Position numbers and translations under genes: made by a program. Below, in pieces: positions 42,715 through 52,886 of a stretch of 64,000 nt of DNA. This DNA is from Alphaproteobacteria bacterium. Its GTDB lineage: Bacteria; Pseudomonadota; Alphaproteobacteria; TMED109. Position 1 is the first letter of the stretch, and each line of letters starts with the position of its first letter. The notes below the pieces were generated by a model. The model was not told the origin of the DNA. It saw only the letters and a program-made list of their open reading frames with translations, and made no database searches. The stretch is from positions 513,206 to 577,205 of the forward strand of contig CBDBIK010000005.1 of assembly GCA_965206145.1 (NCBI GenBank), given 5' to 3'.

Positions 42715-44019
42715 TTAGTTCGTCGTGAACGGATCGGTCCGCCCGACCGCTGCCCAGACGATCTGCTCTGCATTGAGAAGGCGCTTGGCCACCCGGCGGA
42801 CATCGTCGGCGGTGACCGCTTCGATGAGCTCGTTGCGGCGCTCCAGGTAGTCGATGCCGAGGTTTTCGGTTTGCATGACAACGAGGAAGTTGGCGATCTC
42901 GGAGATGCTGTCGAGCGAGAGGCCGAACGATCCGGTGAGGTAGAGCTTCGCGGTTTCGATCTCTTCTTCTGTTGCGCCCTTTTCGGCCATTTTCGCGATT
43001 TCGTTACGGATCACCTCGATGGTCGTATCCGCCTCCTCACTCCGCGTGGCGGTGACTCCGAGGAGGAGTGGGGCCTTTTCGGTGACGGAGAGGTAAGTGT
43101 AGATGGAGTAAGTGAGGCCACGCTGCGTGCGCACTTCTTCCTCCAAGCGGGCGTCGGGCGAGGCACCGCCGAGGATCGCGTTCATGACGAAGGCGGGGAA
43201 GAAATCAGGATCATTCCGTTCAAGGCCGGGAAGGCCGAAGATGATTTCCGTTTGGCCGATTTCCATCGGCACGTGGAGGAACTGCCCCTCGAAGACACCA
43301 GGTTCTGGCGTCACCTCGGGCGGAGCATGTGCGGGCAGACCGCCGAAGGCGCGATCGAGGAACCGGCCAAGCGTGTCGGCGTCCATGTCGCCGGCGACGC
43401 CGATATGGAGATCGTTTCTGCTTAGATGCTGTTGTGCGACGGCGCGGAGGTCATCCACCTCCAGTGCGGCGAGAGTTTCGGCGGTTCCGTAGGAAGTGCG
43501 TCCGTAGGCACTGTCGCCGAAAACGAGTTCGAACCATGCTTTTCTCGCCACGTATGAGGCACGGTTCATTAGTTGGGAACGTTGCGCTTCGAGTTGCTGG
43601 CGAACCCGCATCACCGCTTCGTCGTCGAGCCGGGGCCGGGTCAGGGTATCCCCCAGCAACCTGGACGCTTCATCGAGGTTCTCCCGGAGTGTCTCAACGG
43701 ATCCTGAAATCTGGTTGCGGCCGGTCGAAAAAGAGAGACGAATTGCCCGATCCTCAAGGCGACGACGGAAGGCGATCGCATCAAGTTCGCCCGCTCCTTC
43801 GTCCAGCAGGGCGACCATGAAACGGGTGCGCCCCTCCAAGCCTTCAGGATCAACGGCACTCCCGCTTCCCAGCGAGAAGGCGATTGAAACGATGGGAAGC
43901 GAGAAATCTTGCAGGAGCCAAGCCTCGATTCCGCTCGGCGATACGACTCGCTCAGGCGCCGCCGTGCCTACGCTTGTCCATAGGAACACGACAGGCAGAA
44001 CGAACCATGCTCTTCTCAC
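42715..44019 (-). CDS. M16-family peptidase, non-catalytic-type subunit
   Basis: Signal peptide and M16 fold-like sequence without HxxEH. 4-nt overlap with the upstream M16 gene. Confidence 0.8.
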   Translation of the reverse strand: MRRAWFVLPVVFLWTSVGTAAPERVVSPSGIEAWLLQDFSLPIVSIAFSLGSGSAVDPEGLEGRTRFMVALLDEGAGELDAIAFRRRLEDRAIRLSFSTGRNQISGSVETLRENLDEASRLLGDTLTRPRLDDEAVMRVRQQLEAQRSQLMNRASYVARKAWFELVFGDSAYGRTSYGTAETLAALEVDDLRAVAQQHLSRNDLHIGVAGDMDADTLGRFLDRAFGGLPAHAPPEVTPEPGVFEGQFLHVPMEIGQTEIIFGLPGLERNDPDFFPAFVMNAILGGASPDARLEEEVRTQRGLTYSIYTYLSVTEKAPLLLGVTATRSEEADTTIEVIRNEIAKMAEKGATEEEIETAKLYLTGSFGLSLDSISEIANFLVVMQTENLGIDYLERRNELIEAVTADDVRRVAKRLLNAEQIVWAAVGRTDPFTTN

Positions 44020-45356
44020 GTACCCTCCTCCGTTGCCGGGCGCAGGATGCCTGTCACGCTCGCGGGTGTGCTGAAGAGTTCTCGTGCGGCTGCATCGATA
44101 TCGGCTGCTTCCAGGCCACGGACGACATCAGTGAAGGAATCAAGCTCTTCGAGCGTGCCGCCGTTCACAAGCGTCCTACCGATCAGATCGGCGATCGTCT
44201 CAAGGTTATCCCGGGCGTAAATCGTACCGGCGAAAAATTGGTAAGCCGTGCGTTGCACGTCTTCGATATCGGTTCCCTCTTCGAGCAGTCGCTGAATTTC
44301 TTCGTCTACGGCATTGGCAACCTCGTCGATGCTTATTCCGGGTGCAGGCGTGGCGTGGAGGATGAACGTGCCTTCATCGCGCTGCGAGCCGGAGAAATGA
44401 GCTCCTGCGGAAAGGGCGATTTCGCGGTCGTGGACGAGGGAGCGAGATAGCCGGCCCGTCGATCCACCGAAGAGTTCGGCCAAAACGTCGAGGGCGGCGA
44501 TCTTCTCGATCGGACCCGTAAAGTAGCTGGGCGCGCGAATACTCCGGGACCAGCGGGCGTTGGCAACCCGTGTATCCGACATCTCGACGAGGATGTCGGT
44601 TCGATGCGGCGGCTCTGTCGGTCTGGGTGGAGGCGGCTTGCCGCCGGAAGGAACTTGTCCGAAGGTGCGCTCGGCAAGCGGGCGGAGTTCATCGGCGTCG
44701 ATGTCCCCGACAACGACGAGGATGGCGTTGCTGGGGCCGTAATGACGACGGTAGAACGCTTCGACCTGCTCCATGTTGAGCGCCTCGATTTCGTGACGCC
44801 ATCCGATGACGGGACGACCGTAAGGGTGTGAGCGCCGCGTCGCAGCCACGAGTTCTTCACGGAAGAGAGCGGAGGGATTGCGTTCGGTCCGCGTCAGGCG
44901 TTCTTCGAGTACGACCTGGCGTTCAGCCTCGAAGTTTTTCCGCTCGAATAGCGTGCCGGTCATGCGGTCAGCTTCGAGCTCCATCACGCGTTCGAGCCGG
45001 TCGCGGGCGATGGTGGCAAAATAGGCGGTGACGTCAGAGGAAGTATAGGCGTTGGAGCGTCCTCCGTTGCGGGCGACGATGCGGCTGTATTCGCCGTCCG
45101 CGAGGGTTGCGGAGACGTTGAACATGAGATGTTCAAGAAAATGGGAGATCCCAGACTGTCCGAAGGGATCATCGGCGGCACCGATGCGGTAGTAAACGGC
45201 GTGATGGACGACGGGAGCGCGGCGGAACGGCACGGCGACGATGCGCATGCCATTGTCGAGAGTGAAGGCCTGAGCTCCGAAACCCTCTTCGTTTGCGAGA
45301 GACGGCACCGCGACCATGCTCGCTACCGTGGCGGCGAGTATCGTCGCGCGGATCAC
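44016..45356 (-). CDS. M16-family zinc peptidase (HxxEH)
   Basis: GISHFLEHLMF inverted zinc motif. Signal peptide present. Confidence 0.85.
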   Translation of the reverse strand: MIRATILAATVASMVAVPSLANEEGFGAQAFTLDNGMRIVAVPFRRAPVVHHAVYYRIGAADDPFGQSGISHFLEHLMFNVSATLADGEYSRIVARNGGRSNAYTSSDVTAYFATIARDRLERVMELEADRMTGTLFERKNFEAERQVVLEERLTRTERNPSALFREELVAATRRSHPYGRPVIGWRHEIEALNMEQVEAFYRRHYGPSNAILVVVGDIDADELRPLAERTFGQVPSGGKPPPPRPTEPPHRTDILVEMSDTRVANARWSRSIRAPSYFTGPIEKIAALDVLAELFGGSTGRLSRSLVHDREIALSAGAHFSGSQRDEGTFILHATPAPGISIDEVANAVDEEIQRLLEEGTDIEDVQRTAYQFFAGTIYARDNLETIADLIGRTLVNGGTLEELDSFTDVVRGLEAADIDAAARELFSTPASVTGILRPATEEGT

Positions 45357-45817
45357 TGTGCGGAGTCCGAGCTCTCCTGTTCGGCATCCCCGGCTTCGCC
45401 GTCTGCAGGCATGCTCTCGGATTCCTCCTCGTCGTTGGAGAACAGGGAAGCGAAGAATCCTTTCTCCTTCTCCTCCTCTTCCTGGGTAGCCAGGCGTTCG
45501 AGGCTTTCGCGGATCGCAGGATCGTTTGCCGAGGTTTCCGCACCTTGGAGGAGTGCGGTCTCTCCCGCTGACAGGTTCTCGTTTGCCGAGGGTGCGGGTT
45601 CTTCTCCGGCCCTGACGGCCGCGATGGCTTGGGTTTCCGAAGGCGGACGGAGCTCCAGGTCAGGAGGCACTGCCATGGGATCGTGTTTGATTACCCGAAG
45701 GGCATTGGGGGAAGTTTTCCCCAGACCGACATAGTTTCGAACATTTGCGCAACTGCCCAAACCTATAAAGACGAATGACAGGATTCCAAGCATGAAAATT
45801 CGTTGAAACGTCATCAA
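45353..45817 (-). CDS. lipoprotein (DUF3035-like)
   Basis: Lipobox is FIGLGSC. Low-complexity acidic C-terminus. Confidence 0.6.
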   Translation of the reverse strand: MMTFQRIFMLGILSFVFIGLGSCANVRNYVGLGKTSPNALRVIKHDPMAVPPDLELRPPSETQAIAAVRAGEEPAPSANENLSAGETALLQGAETSANDPAIRESLERLATQEEEEKEKGFFASLFSNDEEESESMPADGEAGDAEQESSDSAQ

Positions 45818-46323
45818 TTATCCAGTTTCCCCCCTGAACGTGAGCACACTTTAGCAAGCATCTTTCTTGGCGGCAAAGCACCGATGATCAGGACCACAGC
45901 GCCGAGCGTGATCGCAGAATCAGCGACATTGAAAGCTGGCCAATGCCATCCCAGGGCATGCAGATCGACGAAATCGACAACGCTGCCACGCCAAAGGCGG
46001 TCAATGGCGTTGCCGATGGCACCGCCGGCAATGGCGGAGGCAGCGAGTGCGGATGTGCGGTCAAATTGCCTTTCCTGCCAGACGAGAAAAAAGGCGGCAA
46101 TGACGAGGGCAAAGCCCGCAAGCAGGAGACGGGCTACGTCACTGCCTGAAGCAAAGAGGCCAAAACTTACCCCAGTGTTGCGAACATGGACGAGATTAAG
46201 GAACGAAAGAAGGGTCTCCGAGGTGCCGGGGGCAGGATGGCGGATCAAGAGCCATGCCTTGGTGGCATGGTCGAGAACGACGACAATACCTGCCGTTGCC
46301 AGACCTCGGGCGATCCTGGTCAA
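45814..46323 (-). CDS. lspA: lipoprotein signal peptidase
   Basis: Contains VRNTGVSFGLF...GNAIDRL...FNVADSAI. Confidence 0.85.
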   Translation of the reverse strand: MTRIARGLATAGIVVVLDHATKAWLLIRHPAPGTSETLLSFLNLVHVRNTGVSFGLFASGSDVARLLLAGFALVIAAFFLVWQERQFDRTSALAASAIAGGAIGNAIDRLWRGSVVDFVDLHALGWHWPAFNVADSAITLGAVVLIIGALPPRKMLAKVCSRSGGKLDN

Positions 46324-49124
46324 ACGGCCTCCCGGCAGCGGATGCAGAGGTCAGGGTGTCCATCCCCCACTTCCTGCAGGATCTTCCAGCACCGTGCACA
46401 TTTTTGACCCTTTGCTGGGCGCACCACCACGGCGATATCCGCAAGGCCCTCCTCACGATGGGCATCCGCAGGTGCGGTCGCGTCGTCCGTCTCAGCGACG
46501 GAGGCGATCGAAAGTTCGGCAAGGTTGTGTCCGCCGAGAAGGGTCAGCGTGTCCGCATCAGCATGCACGACGATGTGCGCTTCCAAGCTTGATCTGATCC
46601 GTTTTTCCTTGCGCTCGATCTCGAGTGCTCCGGTGATCGCATTTCGGATTTTTCTCACAGCGTCCCATTCGGCGCCGAGGGCGTTATCCCGCCAAGTATC
46701 GGGCACGCTGGGGAATATCCGAAGGTGGACGCTCGTATCCGATCCCTCCGGCTGTCGCTCCAGCCAGGCCTCCTCGGCGGTGAAGCAAAGTACCGGGGCA
46801 AGCCAAGCAGTGAGGCAGTCGTGGAGCGTGTCCAAGATCGTTCGTGCTGCTCGGCGCGTTTTCGAAGTAGCGCGGTCACAGTAAAGGGCGTCCTTACGCA
46901 CATCGAGATAGAAGGAGGAAAGGTCGCTCGTACAGAAATTGTGGAGTTCCCGATAAAAGGTCTGAAAGGCGAGGCCCTCGAAAGCTGATTTCCGCAAGGA
47001 ATCGAGAGTAGAGAGCCGGTGAAGCACCCAGCGTTCCAATGAAGGCATCTCGACAGGATCAAGCCGTTCCTTGTTTTCGAAGTCCTGGAGATTGCCGAGG
47101 ATGAATCGGAGCGTATTGCGGAACCGGCGATAGGCGTCTCCCACGCCTCGGAGGGCTTCTTCCCCGATGCGGAGATCCTCGGTGCTGTCGCTGGTCGCCA
47201 CCCACAGACGCAGAACGTCGGCACCGTGCTTGTCGGTCACCTCCTGGGGGCTGATGACATTGCCCGCGCTCTTCGACATCTTCCGGCCCTCGTCGTCGAG
47301 AACGAAGCCGTGTGTAAAGACGTTCCGGAAGGGAGCACTTCCCCGGGTCCCGCAGGCCTCGAGAAGCGAACTGTGGAACCATCCTCTGTGTTGGTCGGTC
47401 CCCTCCAGGTAGAGATCGGCAGGCCATTGTTGGGTTTCGTCCCCCTCCAAAACGAAAGCGTGGGTGGAGCCCGAGTCGAACCAAACATCGAGAATGTCGG
47501 TGACCTGCTCATAATCGCCCGCCTTGCGCCCGGGCCCGAGAAACTCTTCGGCTGGACGGGTGAACCAGGCATCCGCACCCTCGCGTTCGACGGCGTCGGC
47601 CACACGGTTGATCACCTCGGCATCGCGCAGGGGTTCGCCGTTTGCCCGGTCCACGAATACAGGGATCGGAACGCCCCATGAACGCTGGCGCGAGACGCAC
47701 CAATCAGGGCGGGCCTCGATCATGCCTCGGATGCGATTCTTGCTGCTACCGGGAACCCAGCGTGTTGCGTCGATAGCCTTGAGGGCGCGTTTGCGTAACC
47801 CGTTCATTTCCATGCTGATGAACCACTGAGGCGTTGCCCGGTAGATGATCGGCTTTTTTGAACGCCACGAGTGGGGGTAGCTGTGGAGGTGCCGTTCCGA
47901 GGCTAGTAGGCGGTTCTCGGTCTTGAGCACCTCCAAGACGGGCCCTGCGGCTTTGAAAACGTGCGTACCGGCGAATTCTGGCACTGATTCGGCGAAGACA
48001 CCATTGTCGAGGACCGTCTCGGGCATGGGCAGTCCTGCCGCCTGGCCGAGGAGGTAGTCGTCGTCTCCGTGGGCAGGTGCCACGTGGACGAGACCGGTTC
48101 CCTGGTCGGTACCGACGAAGTCCCCGGCGAGAAGTGGCACCTCGAAGTCGTAGCCTTTCGCGGCCAAGGGGTGGCAGCAGACTGTGCTTGCAAGTTCAGC
48201 ACCGGGGAAACGCGCACGCTCTTCCCAAGAGGAAATTCCAACAGCCCTCTGTACCGCGTCCGCGCGCTTCGCCGCCAGCACGAGGCGATCGCCGGGGGTG
48301 GCCGATGCTCCGTCTTCGATTCCGGTGACCTCTAGAACGACGTAGTCGATCTCGGCACCGAAAGCGATCGCGCGGTTGCCGGGAAGGGTCCATGGCGTGG
48401 TGGTCCAGATCGTCACATCGGTCCCCGCCACCGCATCGAGAGACGTCGATGCGACGGGGAAGCGGACAAACACCGCTGTTGATTCGATGTCGCGGTATTC
48501 GACTTCTGCTTCGGCGAGCGCGGTGCGCTCGACCGGGGACCACATCACCGGTTTCAATCCCCGATATAGGCTTCCATCGAGCAGGAAGCATCCGATTTCC
48601 CTCACGATCTGCGCCTCGGCACTGAAATCCATCGTGAGGTAGCGCCTTTCCCAATCGCCAAGGACGAAGATCCGCTGGAAATCTTCCATCTGCACACCGA
48701 TCCACTTGTCGGCGAACTCGCGACATTCGCGGCGAAACCGATCTATGGGGATGTCCTCACGGCGCTTTCCCTTTTTTCGGTAGCTCTCCTCGATGCGCCA
48801 CTCGATGGGAAGGCCGTGGCAATCCCATCCGGGGACGTAATGGGCATCAAATCCATCCATTTGGCGCGTGCGATTGACGAGATCTTTGAGGATTTTGTTG
48901 AGCGCGGTGCCGATGTGGATGGGGCCGTTCGCATAGGGGGGGCCGTCGTGGAGGATGTATTTCGTGCCTCCCTCGGACGCTTTCCGCAGGCGCTTCCACA
49001 GGTTCATATTTTCCCATCGCGCGATCATTTCCGGCTCGCGCTCGGGCAGGCGCGCGCGCATGGCGAACTCCGTTTGGGGAAGAAAAAGCCCTGCGCGGTA
49101 GTCGGCCTCGCGTTCTGCCATCAT
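46320..49124 (-). CDS. ileS: isoleucine--tRNA ligase
   Basis: Contains PPYANGPIHIGTALN (HIGH) and KMSKSAGN (KMSKS), plus a C-terminal Zn motif. Start taken at 49124, where it overlaps the ribF stop. Confidence 0.95.
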   Translation of the reverse strand: MMAEREADYRAGLFLPQTEFAMRARLPEREPEMIARWENMNLWKRLRKASEGGTKYILHDGPPYANGPIHIGTALNKILKDLVNRTRQMDGFDAHYVPGWDCHGLPIEWRIEESYRKKGKRREDIPIDRFRRECREFADKWIGVQMEDFQRIFVLGDWERRYLTMDFSAEAQIVREIGCFLLDGSLYRGLKPVMWSPVERTALAEAEVEYRDIESTAVFVRFPVASTSLDAVAGTDVTIWTTTPWTLPGNRAIAFGAEIDYVVLEVTGIEDGASATPGDRLVLAAKRADAVQRAVGISSWEERARFPGAELASTVCCHPLAAKGYDFEVPLLAGDFVGTDQGTGLVHVAPAHGDDDYLLGQAAGLPMPETVLDNGVFAESVPEFAGTHVFKAAGPVLEVLKTENRLLASERHLHSYPHSWRSKKPIIYRATPQWFISMEMNGLRKRALKAIDATRWVPGSSKNRIRGMIEARPDWCVSRQRSWGVPIPVFVDRANGEPLRDAEVINRVADAVEREGADAWFTRPAEEFLGPGRKAGDYEQVTDILDVWFDSGSTHAFVLEGDETQQWPADLYLEGTDQHRGWFHSSLLEACGTRGSAPFRNVFTHGFVLDDEGRKMSKSAGNVISPQEVTDKHGADVLRLWVATSDSTEDLRIGEEALRGVGDAYRRFRNTLRFILGNLQDFENKERLDPVEMPSLERWVLHRLSTLDSLRKSAFEGLAFQTFYRELHNFCTSDLSSFYLDVRKDALYCDRATSKTRRAARTILDTLHDCLTAWLAPVLCFTAEEAWLERQPEGSDTSVHLRIFPSVPDTWRDNALGAEWDAVRKIRNAITGALEIERKEKRIRSSLEAHIVVHADADTLTLLGGHNLAELSIASVAETDDATAPADAHREEGLADIAVVVRPAKGQKCARCWKILQEVGDGHPDLCIRCREAV

Positions 49125-50068
49125 GAATTCTCCGGTGGCGCACTTGTGTTTTCCAGCATTGCCCGGACCTTGCGCGCGTCCTCGGCAATCATCGCAGCAA
49201 GGGCGTCCTCGTCGGCGCACTCCTGTTCCGGGCGTAGTCTCTTGACGAAAGCAACGCGCAACAAGCGTCCATAAAGATTGCCGTCGAAGTCCAGAAGATG
49301 GGCCTCAAGGGTGCGCGCTCCGCCGCCGAAGTGAGGACGCACACCGGTACTGACAGCCGCAATGTGCCAGTGCGTGCGCTCGCCGTCGATGATTCCGGCC
49401 CACGCGGAGTAAATCCCATCGGCGGGCGGGAGATGGACACCGTACGAAAGGTTCGCCGTCGGGAAGCCGAGCTTGCGTCCGCGCATTTCTCCCCGGCGCA
49501 CCCGGCCCTCCACCTCCCAGAGCCTACCGAGGGCTCGTGCAGCGTCTTCGGTTTTCCCGGCCTTGACTAGGGCTCGGATCGCGGTTGAGGCGTAAGTCTC
49601 GCCCTTGGCGTCGGTAACTGGATCGACGACGGTGAGATTGAAAAGTCCTGCTTTGGCCAGGGTGCTGGCATCACCCTTGCGGCCCGACCCGAACTGAAAA
49701 TCACGGCCCACCACCACATGGCGTGCACCGAGTTGGGACTTGAGGGTTTGCTGGACGAATTCTTCGGCCGTCTGTGCGGCGAACTTCATGGAGAAACGCT
49801 GCACGTAGAGGGTCTTGATTCCTGCAGCGCACAGCTTGCGCACTTTGCCCCGAAGCGTCGTCAATCTTCGGGGCTCCCACCCGGGGCGCAGCACCTGTGC
49901 TGGTGGTGGTTCAAAGGTGAGCACGGCAGGTCCGGTCGTGCCCTCCGCCCGAGCGGTAGCGTCAAGCAGGTGTCGGTGTCCGAGGTGGACTCCGTCGAAG
50001 TTACCGATGGCAACAGCGCGCCCCCGGAGCGTTTCCGGGAGAGAGTCGCAAAGGCGGACGATGTGCAT
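49121..50068 (-). CDS. ribF: bifunctional riboflavin kinase / FMN adenylyltransferase
   Basis: Internal ATG at 50068 (MHIVRL...AIGNFDGVHLGHRHLL...) and a GFPTANL kinase motif. Confidence 0.9.
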   Translation of the reverse strand: MHIVRLCDSLPETLRGRAVAIGNFDGVHLGHRHLLDATARAEGTTGPAVLTFEPPPAQVLRPGWEPRRLTTLRGKVRKLCAAGIKTLYVQRFSMKFAAQTAEEFVQQTLKSQLGARHVVVGRDFQFGSGRKGDASTLAKAGLFNLTVVDPVTDAKGETYASTAIRALVKAGKTEDAARALGRLWEVEGRVRRGEMRGRKLGFPTANLSYGVHLPPADGIYSAWAGIIDGERTHWHIAAVSTGVRPHFGGGARTLEAHLLDFDGNLYGRLLRVAFVKRLRPEQECADEDALAAMIAEDARKVRAMLENTSAPPENS

Positions 50069-50198
50069 GGACGCCTCAAGAATGGAAGCGAAGGAGCCCC
50101 AGCGGAGGCAGGGGTACCTGTATATCAATATATATTGTGAGTCCGAGAACGCGTCCGGACGCGGTCTGCGCCGTGTCTGCCCACGCTCTTGCAGAAGG

Positions 50199-50951
50199 AT
50201 GCGCATGCCCGCCGAACGCGCTTTCGTGATCATCCCGGCCCGGATGGCTTCCCGTCGTCTTCCCGGGAAACCGCTTGCTGACATCGCCGGCGAGCCGATG
50301 GTGGTTCACGTTCTTCGACAGGCAAAGGAAGCAGGGATCGGCCCGGTGGCGGTCGCCTGTTGCGAGATTGAGGTGGCCGAGGCAGTCCAAGCGGCAGACG
50401 GCGTCGCCATTCTTACTCGTCCTGACCATCTGTCCGGATCCGACAGGGTTTTCGAGGCACTGGAAAATGCCTTCCCGGGCGAGAAGCGGGACATCGTGAT
50501 CAACCTCCAGGGAGATCTCCCGGACATTGATCCAAAAATGATCCGTCAGGCCATGATCGTTGCTTCCATCAAGGGAACCGATATCGCGACCCTCGTCGCT
50601 CCTCTCAAGGAGGGAGAGAAAGAGGATCGGGACGTGGTGAAGGCATTGATTGATCCTGGCTTTGCTCCGCCCGCTGTCCGTACGGCACCCATCCTCGATT
50701 TTCGCCGCGACATCCCGAAACGAATAAAGGCCTGTCCTTGGCACCACATTGGTCTTTATGCCTATCGGCGTGAGGCTCTTGCACGGTACGTAGCGTTGCC
50801 TGCGAGCACACGCGAGACCGCCGAGCGGCTTGAGCAGTTGCGCGCCCTTGAGAACGGGATGTGCATCGCGGCTGCGTTCGTTGACACGATTCCAGTCGGA
50901 GTCGACACTCTCGATGACCTCGTGCGGGTGCGCCGCCGCTTCGGTACCTGA
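50199..50951 (+). CDS. kdsB: 3-deoxy-manno-octulosonate cytidylyltransferase
   Basis: Contains IIPARMASRRLPGKPLADIAGEPMV...NLQGDLP...EQLRALENG. Confidence 0.85.
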   Translation: MRMPAERAFVIIPARMASRRLPGKPLADIAGEPMVVHVLRQAKEAGIGPVAVACCEIEVAEAVQAADGVAILTRPDHLSGSDRVFEALENAFPGEKRDIVINLQGDLPDIDPKMIRQAMIVASIKGTDIATLVAPLKEGEKEDRDVVKALIDPGFAPPAVRTAPILDFRRDIPKRIKACPWHHIGLYAYRREALARYVALPASTRETAERLEQLRALENGMCIAAAFVDTIPVGVDTLDDLVRVRRRFGT

Positions 50952-50984
50952 CGCCCTGTGCCCCACGTGACAAGGAGATTTCCG

Positions 50985-51839
50985 ATGCCTGCCGAAGGGC
51001 CGCAGCGTGTCGCTTTCCAGGGAAAGATGGGCGCGTATTCCCACATGACGTGTCGGGAGGCATTCCCCGACAGCGAACCAATTCCTTGCGCAACCTTTGA
51101 GGAGTGCTTCCTTGCGGTCTTGGAAGCGCGCGCCGATTCGGCGCTGATTCCAGTTGAAAACACTATCGCCGGTCGGGTTGCCGACGTGCATCGACTCCTG
51201 CCCCAGTCGGGCTTGCGCGTAACAGGTGAGCATTTCTCCCACATTCATCATCACCTTCTTGTCCCGAAGGGCGGAACGCTTGCTGGGGTGAAGGAGGCTT
51301 CAAGCCATTTCCATGCGCTCAGCCAATGTCGACGGTTCTTGGCTGAGCACGAGATTCGTCCGTTCCTGTGCGGCGACACAGCCGGCGCGGCCGAGGAAAT
51401 CGCAGACGGGGGGAATCTCTCCCGAGCTGCGATCGCCTCTGAGTTGGCGGCTGAGCTCTACGGGCTCGATATCGTTGCACGCGACATTGAGGACGAGGAG
51501 GCGAACACGACACGTTTCTTGGTATTGAGGGAGGAAGCGGTGGAGCCGGATCCGGACGATCCGAACGTGGTGACGACCCTAGTGTTCCGGGTTCGCCACA
51601 TTCCATCCTCGCTTTATAAGGCGCTCGGTGGATTCGCGACGAACCGCGTCAACATCCTGAAGCTCGAAAGCTCCATCATTGACCGTTCCTTTTCCTCGGC
51701 GGAATTTTACGTCGACGTGGAGGGGCATCCCACGCAACCGAACGTTGCTCTTGCTCTTGAGGAACTAGGCTTTTTCTCCCGGCACGTGCACGTGCTCGGG
51801 GTCTATAATTCCTCGGATTACCGCCGAACGGAATCCTGA
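50985..51839 (+). CDS. pheA: prephenate dehydratase
   Basis: ATG at 50985 preceded by AGGAG. Contains VAFQGKMGAYSH...ALIPVENTIAGRV...TRFLVL, followed by an ACT-like C-terminus. Confidence 0.85.
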   Translation: MPAEGPQRVAFQGKMGAYSHMTCREAFPDSEPIPCATFEECFLAVLEARADSALIPVENTIAGRVADVHRLLPQSGLRVTGEHFSHIHHHLLVPKGGTLAGVKEASSHFHALSQCRRFLAEHEIRPFLCGDTAGAAEEIADGGNLSRAAIASELAAELYGLDIVARDIEDEEANTTRFLVLREEAVEPDPDDPNVVTTLVFRVRHIPSSLYKALGGFATNRVNILKLESSIIDRSFSSAEFYVDVEGHPTQPNVALALEELGFFSRHVHVLGVYNSSDYRRTES

Positions 51840-51844
51840 CCTTC

Positions 51845-52759
51845 TCAATCTTCGGCGAGCCATTCTTCGATCAGTCGCCGGGCAATGGAAACCTTTCCGG
51901 GCAGGCGGAATTCTTCGTTTTCAGGACTGACCCGGAGTTCGGCGCGCGTAAACCACGCTGCCCGTTCAAGTTCATTGGTGTCGACTCGGAGCGAATCCTC
52001 AAGGGCTTCCGCCCGAAAACCGAGCATTAGGGAGGATGGGAACGGCCACGGTTGCGAGTGCTGGTACTCGGGCCGGCCGATGCGGATTCCGACCTCCTCG
52101 TGCACTTCACGGATCACTGTTTCCTCGAGACTCTCCCCGATTTCGGCGAAACCGGCGAGCGTGGAATGCATCCCGATCGGCCAGAGTGCCTGCCGCCCGA
52201 GAATGCATCTGTCGCCCCGTACGATCAGCATGATCACGGCTGGATCAACGCGTGGGAAGAAGCGCTCGCCGCATTCTTTGCTACTGCAGGCCCGGGAGTG
52301 TCCGGCATCGGTCACCTTCGTGGGGGCACCGCATTTGCCACACCACAGTGCCCTCCGGTGCCACCAGATGAGTCCGCGCGCAAACGCCATCACCGAGCCG
52401 TCGTCCGGGGCAAGGGTTGGTGCGATCTGGCGGAGATCGCTGAACACACCGCCCTGCTGCCCGAGCCATCCGTCTTGGGGCGCGATCTGGGCGGAGATAT
52501 CGCACGCGAAGTGAAAAATTCCTTTCCGCTCGCCGAGGAACACCGAGAGTTCGGCCTCCTCGATCAGGGTTTTGGCACGTTTCCCTGATTGCCAAAGTGG
52601 GAGCGGAGTGTCCTCGCAGGAAACGAGGGGCTGGTGTCGCCAGACGGGCAGTGCGCGTGCTTCGCCCGAGGCAACGCGTGCGGCGAGGTGGTCTGAATCC
52701 TGGCGATGATGATGGGCACGATCGAGGGGTAGCCCGCTGTAGAAGTTGGTTGTAGGCAC
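51845..52759 (-). CDS. nudC: NAD(+) diphosphatase (Nudix, zinc-ribbon)
   Basis: Zinc ribbon is CGKCGAPT...C..KEC. Nudix box is GFAEIGESLEETVIREVHEEVGI. Confidence 0.8.
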   Translation of the reverse strand: MPTTNFYSGLPLDRAHHHRQDSDHLAARVASGEARALPVWRHQPLVSCEDTPLPLWQSGKRAKTLIEEAELSVFLGERKGIFHFACDISAQIAPQDGWLGQQGGVFSDLRQIAPTLAPDDGSVMAFARGLIWWHRRALWCGKCGAPTKVTDAGHSRACSSKECGERFFPRVDPAVIMLIVRGDRCILGRQALWPIGMHSTLAGFAEIGESLEETVIREVHEEVGIRIGRPEYQHSQPWPFPSSLMLGFRAEALEDSLRVDTNELERAAWFTRAELRVSPENEEFRLPGKVSIARRLIEEWLAED

Positions 52760-52886
52760 GACTCAAGCCTAACGGATAAAGATTTTCTGTGACGTTGGCG
52801 GGGTCTGTTCGGGGGTTTTTCTCTCCGACAAGGAGGGATGCGAATCGCTATAGTCCAGTCTCGTGCACGGGTAGCAGGGAGGCGAA

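Noticed and set aside
52760-52886. Possible SRP (4.5S) RNA gene upstream of dnaX, a common location in bacteria
   Set aside because: Neither strand contains the conserved domain IV core (GGUCCGGAAGGAAGCAGC-like). The region looks like an ordinary promoter and 5'-UTR.
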